Virus record (IMG/VR): IMGVR_UViG_3300032373_000016 | Span: 1 to 50,485 of that record | DNA length: 50,485 nucleotides | Reading direction: 5' to 3' (one strand) | From: a virus | Lineage: Duplodnaviria > Caudoviricetes | In this document: piece by piece, positions 45,506 through 50,485 of the stretch | Numbering within the stretch: position 1 is the first letter of the stretch | Layout of the letters: each line of letters starts with the position of its first letter | Program-made: the position numbers and the translations under genes | The notes under the pieces: model-generated | What the model saw: the letters and a program-made list of their open reading frames with translations, nothing else | Databases searched by the model: none | What the model was told of the DNA's origin: nothing

Positions 45506-46000
45506 ATGGGCTCAAACATTGTTGCACTTATCGCGGTGGCTGCGGCCGCGGCAATCCCTGCTGGCCTGGTTGGATACAATAAGGGCTTCACGGATGCTGC
45601 GCGCGAGCAACAAGCGTCAACCGATATGTTCCGGGTGCGGGAGATCTTTCTTTATCATGAGGTGGGCGCAGCGCGGCAGGCGCAGCAAGAACTCATCTCT
45701 CAGATCGAAACCCTATGGGATGTAGAGGGCGAAGCTCGTCGCCAATTGAAACGAGCGCTCGCGGTGCAAAAGCGGCGGGCTGATGATTACAAGCTTGCGG
45801 CGTCGGCCGCGATTAAAAGGTTAGACAATGCTGAGAACATCGAGCTTCAAACTTGGCGGGGCACTACTGTTCCTGATGAGCTTACTCTTCCTATCTGCGT
45901 GCACGTCGACGGATCGGGTGAGTGTCAAGATTCCGGACCCCCAGCCCATAGTGGTGACAGTGTGGAGATTCGCGAGCCCGCCACCTCTGACGGGGGCTGA
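45506..46000 (+). CDS. Rz-like inner-membrane spanin
   Basis: N-terminal TM, GY.KG, coiled coil, W..T.VPD. Confidence 0.75.
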   Translation: MGSNIVALIAVAAAAAIPAGLVGYNKGFTDAAREQQASTDMFRVREIFLYHEVGAARQAQQELISQIETLWDVEGEARRQLKRALAVQKRRADDYKLAASAAIKRLDNAENIELQTWRGTTVPDELTLPICVHVDGSGECQDSGPPAHSGDSVEIREPATSDGG

Positions 46001-46220
46001 GTTTGAGCAAGAAGGCGGTGAGGCAGTTATTCTCGATGCGCCGGACAATTGTAGGGACACATGGTCTGGCATGACCAATGGTGAGCTCTACGAAATTTAC
46101 CGAGAATGCCAAGGCGTGAACGGTAGCAATAGAAGCAGGATCCGCCTGTGGGAAACCTGGGCGGCAATTGAGAAAAGGGCGCACGAAACTGCGAAAGGCG
46201 AGACTGATGGAAACCGATAA
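45828..46220 (+). CDS. Rz1-like outer-membrane lipoprotein spanin (overlapping frame)
   Basis: LSAC lipobox, Pro-rich, TNGEL...C..N motif; overlaps Rz in another frame; exact start uncertain. Confidence 0.75.
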   Translation: MLRTSSFKLGGALLFLMSLLFLSACTSTDRVSVKIPDPQPIVVTVWRFASPPPLTGAEFEQEGGEAVILDAPDNCRDTWSGMTNGELYEIYRECQGVNGSNRSRIRLWETWAAIEKRAHETAKGETDGNR

Positions 46221-47205
46221 GGTCAAGATCGAAGGTGATGAAGTCACCATTAAAGCTGGTTCTGCGGCAGAGGCTCGCGAGATTGCGGCCGCTGCAGATC
46301 GAGATATCTACAAGCAACAGCGCGGCGAAACAGACGGGGCTATTGATGACTTCCTCGATGGTGCCGGCAAGATCGCAGATACCATTGGGCGCCCGTCCTT
46401 TGAGTGGGCTGCATGGGCATTGGCTATCGTCGGCGCCGTTGTCGCTTACATCTCTTGGTCGCGACTGACAGTGAACGAAGACGTTCAATTCCTCTTCGGC
46501 GCCGTAGGCGTGGTGATCATCCTTGTCGTCAAGATCTCAGCCGGCCGGTGGGCAAAGGCTGAAAACAAAAAGGATGCGGAGACGGCGCGTGTCTTCTCCA
46601 CAATTGCGATAGGTGGCCTGCTGGTGAATGCGGCCGTGGCGGTTATGTTTCAGGCGGCGATTAGCGCTGATGAGGCGACAGGCACTCTAGATATCGACCG
46701 GGCTGTTGAAACGCTTGAGCGAGAAGAGCGCGAGCTGACGCGATCAATCGACGGTATGGAAGCGCCGCGGCTCCCGCTGGATATCCTGCAGTATGACCTT
46801 GAGCAGGCACTTAGCGAGCCAGCCCGAAACAACTCCAATGAGGCTACACCTCTGACAGTTGCTACGGTGATCGGCTGGGAGACAGATGATTTCTGTATGC
46901 CGGGTGGGCAGTACAGGTCTTATGTCGAGCGCTATTGTCCTGACATTGCTGACATGTTCCGCGCGGTTAAGGTTCGATCAGACTTTGACGCAGAAGTGAT
47001 CAAGCGAGAGGCTGTGAGAGAACAGATCTCGGTCGAGCTTTCGAAGCGTCAAAAGTCTTCGTCTGGCCTGGCGCTTGGGAAAGAGATGGCCTCGAGCGGA
47101 CGTAGCTGGATCCTGTACCTGCCGGGTATGCTTCTAATGTTGGTCATTGAAGGCTTCATGGTTTTGGCGCAGTATGTCGCAAAGAGGCATCCCAAAGGTG
47201 TTTAA
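46207..47205 (+). CDS. Membrane protein: three TM helices, a coiled-coil domain and a C-terminal TM
   Basis: Hydrophobic segments flanking a ~170-aa helical region containing a Cys pair. Confidence 0.7.
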   Translation: METDKVKIEGDEVTIKAGSAAEAREIAAAADRDIYKQQRGETDGAIDDFLDGAGKIADTIGRPSFEWAAWALAIVGAVVAYISWSRLTVNEDVQFLFGAVGVVIILVVKISAGRWAKAENKKDAETARVFSTIAIGGLLVNAAVAVMFQAAISADEATGTLDIDRAVETLEREERELTRSIDGMEAPRLPLDILQYDLEQALSEPARNNSNEATPLTVATVIGWETDDFCMPGGQYRSYVERYCPDIADMFRAVKVRSDFDAEVIKREAVREQISVELSKRQKSSSGLALGKEMASSGRSWILYLPGMLLMLVIEGFMVLAQYVAKRHPKGV

Positions 47206-47206
47206 C

Positions 47207-47506
47207 ATGCAGGTTCTTACTCAGATCTTTTGGTGCGCCGTTCTATGGTATTGTTGCTTCGCGAACTTCGACGCCTTTCGATTTAGAAAGATGCCGATGC
47301 GGGCGCTTGGTCTGATTGGTTCTTTGATCGCTGCCTGGTATGGCTTCGAAGCGATCTTAGATCTGCAAAGTATGATGGTGGGGCTTGCCCCAATTAGGAA
47401 TCTGGGTGTTGAAGTTCTGTTCTCAATCGGACTGGCTGCTTGGTTCCATTATCCGATGGATGGGGAGATGGCACGTGGACGAAGAGTACGACTTCAACGA
47501 ACGTAA
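47207..47506 (+). CDS. Three-TM protein, holin candidate
   Basis: Three hydrophobic helices and a basic C-terminus, in the lysis unit. Confidence 0.55.
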   Translation: MQVLTQIFWCAVLWYCCFANFDAFRFRKMPMRALGLIGSLIAAWYGFEAILDLQSMMVGLAPIRNLGVEVLFSIGLAAWFHYPMDGEMARGRRVRLQRT

Positions 47507-47762
47507 CGAGCGGGTTGCTGACATGATTGAGCAGGCGGGTGACGGCAACGTCTCTGGCCTGGTTCAAAGTGTAAGAGATAGCACGATGATGAACATCAGC
47601 GATGCTATGATCTGGGCCTTTATTGTGGTTCTTTTCCTGCGGGCGCTGTCAGAGTTCATTCGTCGGACAGGTGAGGCGACACGGCCCATCGTGGAAGTTG
47701 CTGCAGAGAAGTGGCGGGAAAGCGACGACGATTACTCACCGACTGTGAAGACTAAGCGCTAA
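47475..47762 (+). CDS. Single-TM protein (holin/antiholin candidate)
   Basis: GGGGAG RBS plus GTG; IWAFIVVLFL helix. Confidence 0.5.
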   Translation: MDEEYDFNERNERVADMIEQAGDGNVSGLVQSVRDSTMMNISDAMIWAFIVVLFLRALSEFIRRTGEATRPIVEVAAEKWRESDDDYSPTVKTKR

Positions 47763-47803
47763 AAGTGCGTTGCCGCTCGTCGGCTAAAATCCATGCTTAG
47801 TGC

Positions 47804-50485
47804 ATGGTCGATGTCATTCCAGCCGCAGATTCATTCGTGCGATACACGGTTGCCAGTTCCACGACTGGCCCGTTCACCTTTTCCTTTCAATACCTTGAAG
47901 ATGCTGACTTAGAAGTTTTAGTGAATGGCATTGCGCCAACCTCAAACTATACCGTCACGCAAGGCGCTCCGCTTGAATACGCAGGGATCAATGGCGGGTC
48001 GATCACGTTCGACACAGCTCTTGCAGCAAGTGACATTCTGACGATTGCTCGGGTGACGGTGAAGAAGCGGGTCTCGAACCTGGTTGGCGCGTCTTTGACA
48101 GCCAACAATCTGAACGTCGATTACAATAAGATCGTCTACATACTTCAGGAGTTTTATCGCGATATCGGGCGCGCACTCTTGGCAGACTATGGCGCAAGCT
48201 CTGCTGGCCTAGACGCTGATTCGGTGGCGGCGCTTCTCCCCTATGCGGCAGACATTGAAGAGCTTGCTACACTGGATGCGGAGATCGCGGCGCTTGGCGC
48301 GATCACGGGCGACATTACTGCGGTAAGTGCAGAGATCGCTTCTGTTGTTACGTGTGCAACAAACATTGCAGCTATCGTTGCGGCCGCTGGCGGCACGTCG
48401 ATTGATTGGAAACCTTCTGTCCGTGTGGCCAGTGATCAGGCTGGCACTCTGGCATCAGACTTTGCGGCAGGCGAAGCTGTCGATGGGATCACTCTGGCTG
48501 AGAATGACCGGATCCTTTTGAAAAACCAGACCGCCTCGGCAGAGAACGGGATCTACACGGTAAACCTTAGCGGCGCTCCTACTCGGGCGACAGACTTTGA
48601 TGGAAGCGCAAGCGTGACGCCTGGCGCTGTTGCCTATGTTGAAGAAGGCACGGTGAATGAGAAGAAGCTATTCGTTCTCGAGACTTCAGGCGCGATTACA
48701 ATTGGGACCACGGGCCTTACATTCCGCGATCTAACGGGATCGGGTAGCGCTTCGGGTAACTCTGCCTGGAAGCCGCAGGTCCGGTTGGCCACGACAGCAA
48801 ACATTGATCTGGCAAATCTCAATACGGGTGACACCATTGACGGTGTGACGGTAGCCTTGGGTGATCGCATTTTGGTGAAGAGCCAAACGGCATCTACGCA
48901 GAACGGCATCTACATTGTGCCCGCTTCAGGCTTCCCCAATCGCGCCGACGATTTCAATGATAATACCGATGTTGAAGACGGTGCCTTTGTTTACGTTCTC
49001 GAGGGTGCCGCGGAAGCTGGAACGCTATGGGCTCTGACGACAACCGGGACTGTGACGATTGGAACATCTAACCTGGTCTTTGCTGAAGTGTCAGGCGGTG
49101 GCTCTGGTGCGAGCGGGCCCCCAACTTACACATCCATTGCTGGTTTGGTTGCCGGGTCTGCAGGCACGTCCGCTTCAAGTCGCGCAGTAGTGAATGATGC
49201 CTTGCGGGGCGGCGAGTTCCGCTGGCTTACAGGAGATCAGTCAGCACTGGTCACGCTGGATCCTCAGCAGGGTTTGTATGTCGCGCCGTCGACAGACGTT
49301 ACGGGCGCCTCTGGCGTCTGGGTTCGTGTGTTCACGGGGCCTGCAATGGTCACATGGTTTGGCGCCCTGGGCGACGGCTCGAATAATGACACGACGCTTT
49401 GTCAGGCGGCGCTTGCAACTGGTTTTGATATTCACTTCCCCGGCGTGTCTTCGGGGAATTACTATAGCTGCAGCTCGGTCTTGAATGTCACGACACCTGG
49501 TCAGCAAATCACGGGCGACGGCAAGCGATCAGATATCAGGCAATCTGGTGCTGATGCCAGTGCCAACCTTTTCGTGATCACGGCAACAGATGTTCATTTC
49601 GAAAAGCTTAGCGTTCGGCCGGGCACGGTTACGAACAGCACATATCAGGGCTTTGCGTTCTACTTCTCGAATGCGGATAGAGCGCGAGTGACAGCATGTT
49701 ATGGCACGCAGCATCGCCGCGGCATTGTGATGCTAAACAACTCGAGCGATTCAGAAATTGACAGCAACACGTTCGAAGTCTCGGTCGTGACGTCAGCATC
49801 AAACCCGGACAACTCGGACGCCGGCGCCGATATCTGGTTGGTGAATGGCACGTCTGATTGCCTGGTGCATTCCAACATTCTGCACCTTGGGTGCGGCAGC
49901 GGGATCTCGGTTCAAACGATCACGCGAACCAACTGCAACAACAATCTCATTTACAATAACATTGTCACGGAAGCGCCGTCTTATGGCATCTACCTTTACT
50001 GTGGTGACATTGCCGATGAGTGCGAAGGCAACGTGGTTTCTGATAACATTGTCGACACGATCTATGGATTTGTTGAAAGCATCGTCGCGAGCTCCAACAC
50101 GTTTGGTGCCGGCATCTACTTCCAAGCGACAGGTCACAATATCTGCACGGGGAACAACCTGCACAATTGCAACGTCAACACGGATGCAGAGGTTCTTGCG
50201 CCGGCCGCTATTGGGGCAATCAATAATCGTTCGACGCAGATTGTCGGCAACAAGATCTGGAACACCAATTGGTATGGGATCATGGTTGCAGATCCGAATG
50301 AGAATAACAGCTTTGCCGATGCGCTCTTCAAGGTTTCTCAGAACAGCATCTACAGCCCGAACCGCGACGGCATCTATGCCAAGGATGTTCCCAAGGTACA
50401 GATCGACGGCAATGAGATTATCGATGGAACGATCCGCGGGATCTTTGTTCGCAACGTCAACACGACGACGACCGATCATGTGACG
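47804..50485 (+). CDS. Tailspike/tail fibre, ~1147 aa including 1..889; this part is absent from the ORF track
   Basis: My translation gives MVDVIPAADSFVRYTVASSTTGPFTFSFQYLEDADLEV (T7 gp17-like anchor), two tandem WKP.VR.A...DRIL.K.QT...NGIY domains, then WFGALGDGSNNDT and a pectin-lyase-type beta-helix. Confidence 0.9.
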   Translation, partial: MVDVIPAADSFVRYTVASSTTGPFTFSFQYLEDADLEVLVNGIAPTSNYTVTQGAPLEYAGINGGSITFDTALAASDILTIARVTVKKRVSNLVGASLTANNLNVDYNKIVYILQEFYRDIGRALLADYGASSAGLDADSVAALLPYAADIEELATLDAEIAALGAITGDITAVSAEIASVVTCATNIAAIVAAAGGTSIDWKPSVRVASDQAGTLASDFAAGEAVDGITLAENDRILLKNQTASAENGIYTVNLSGAPTRATDFDGSASVTPGAVAYVEEGTVNEKKLFVLETSGAITIGTTGLTFRDLTGSGSASGNSAWKPQVRLATTANIDLANLNTGDTIDGVTVALGDRILVKSQTASTQNGIYIVPASGFPNRADDFNDNTDVEDGAFVYVLEGAAEAGTLWALTTTGTVTIGTSNLVFAEVSGGGSGASGPPTYTSIAGLVAGSAGTSASSRAVVNDALRGGEFRWLTGDQSALVTLDPQQGLYVAPSTDVTGASGVWVRVFTGPAMVTWFGALGDGSNNDTTLCQAALATGFDIHFPGVSSGNYYSCSSVLNVTTPGQQITGDGKRSDIRQSGADASANLFVITATDVHFEKLSVRPGTVTNSTYQGFAFYFSNADRARVTACYGTQHRRGIVMLNNSSDSEIDSNTFEVSVVTSASNPDNSDAGADIWLVNGTSDCLVHSNILHLGCGSGISVQTITRTNCNNNLIYNNIVTEAPSYGIYLYCGDIADECEGNVVSDNIVDTIYGFVESIVASSNTFGAGIYFQATGHNICTGNNLHNCNVNTDAEVLAPAAIGAINNRSTQIVGNKIWNTNWYGIMVADPNENNSFADALFKVSQNSIYSPNRDGIYAKDVPKVQIDGNEIIDGTIRGIFVRNVNTTTTDHVT

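Noticed and set aside
49799-50483. ORFs of 226 aa (-) and 212 aa (+) at the right end
   Set aside because: Shadow frames of the tailspike gene.
50359-50485. Terminal direct repeat as a biological DTR
   Set aside because: It is exactly 127 nt and lies within the tailspike frame; best explained as assembler overlap.
26932-50485. Diversity-generating retroelement, given the BPP-1-like virion genes
   Set aside because: No reverse transcriptase motif and no TR/VR pair with adenine-specific mismatches seen. The tailspike repeats are old protein-level duplications.

Overview
The window is a complete, circularly assembled genome (50,358 bp plus a 127-nt terminal assembly overlap) of a temperate short-tailed phage, probably infecting an alphaproteobacterium (inferred from GcrA-like and GapR-like genes). 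It has a leftward early arm (tyrosine integrase, RecE/RecT-like pair, HD hydrolase, many small ORFs) and a rightward lambdoid replication module (RusA, DnaB, initiator with internal iterons). A second leftward array of small, often membrane, genes flanks an isolated small-terminase gene, and a strand-asymmetric non-coding region may be the packaging/terminus site. The BPP-1/T7-type virion module comprises terminase, portal, capsid, cement protein, adaptor, nozzle and three ejection proteins, one of 2613 aa. It is followed by a lysis cassette and a ~1147-aa tailspike that crosses the contig junction and is only partly shown in the ORF track. The most notable unannotated signal is a layer of repeated non-coding elements. 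(i) Hairpins with unrelated stems but a conserved CCCAA loop sit at the 5' ends of several predicted transcripts, with a boxA-like sequence and an Arg-rich small protein nearby, suggesting an N/nut-like antitermination or RNA-binding-protein system. (ii) A covarying bulged two-hairpin module separates the early cassettes. (iii) There is an AG[T/A]GCGTT-N20/21-(-10) late-promoter motif. (iv) There are a candidate C-rich sRNA and an anti-Shine-Dalgarno loop. No canonical CI/Cro pair is visible. All protein calls come from motif recognition by eye, not database searches.
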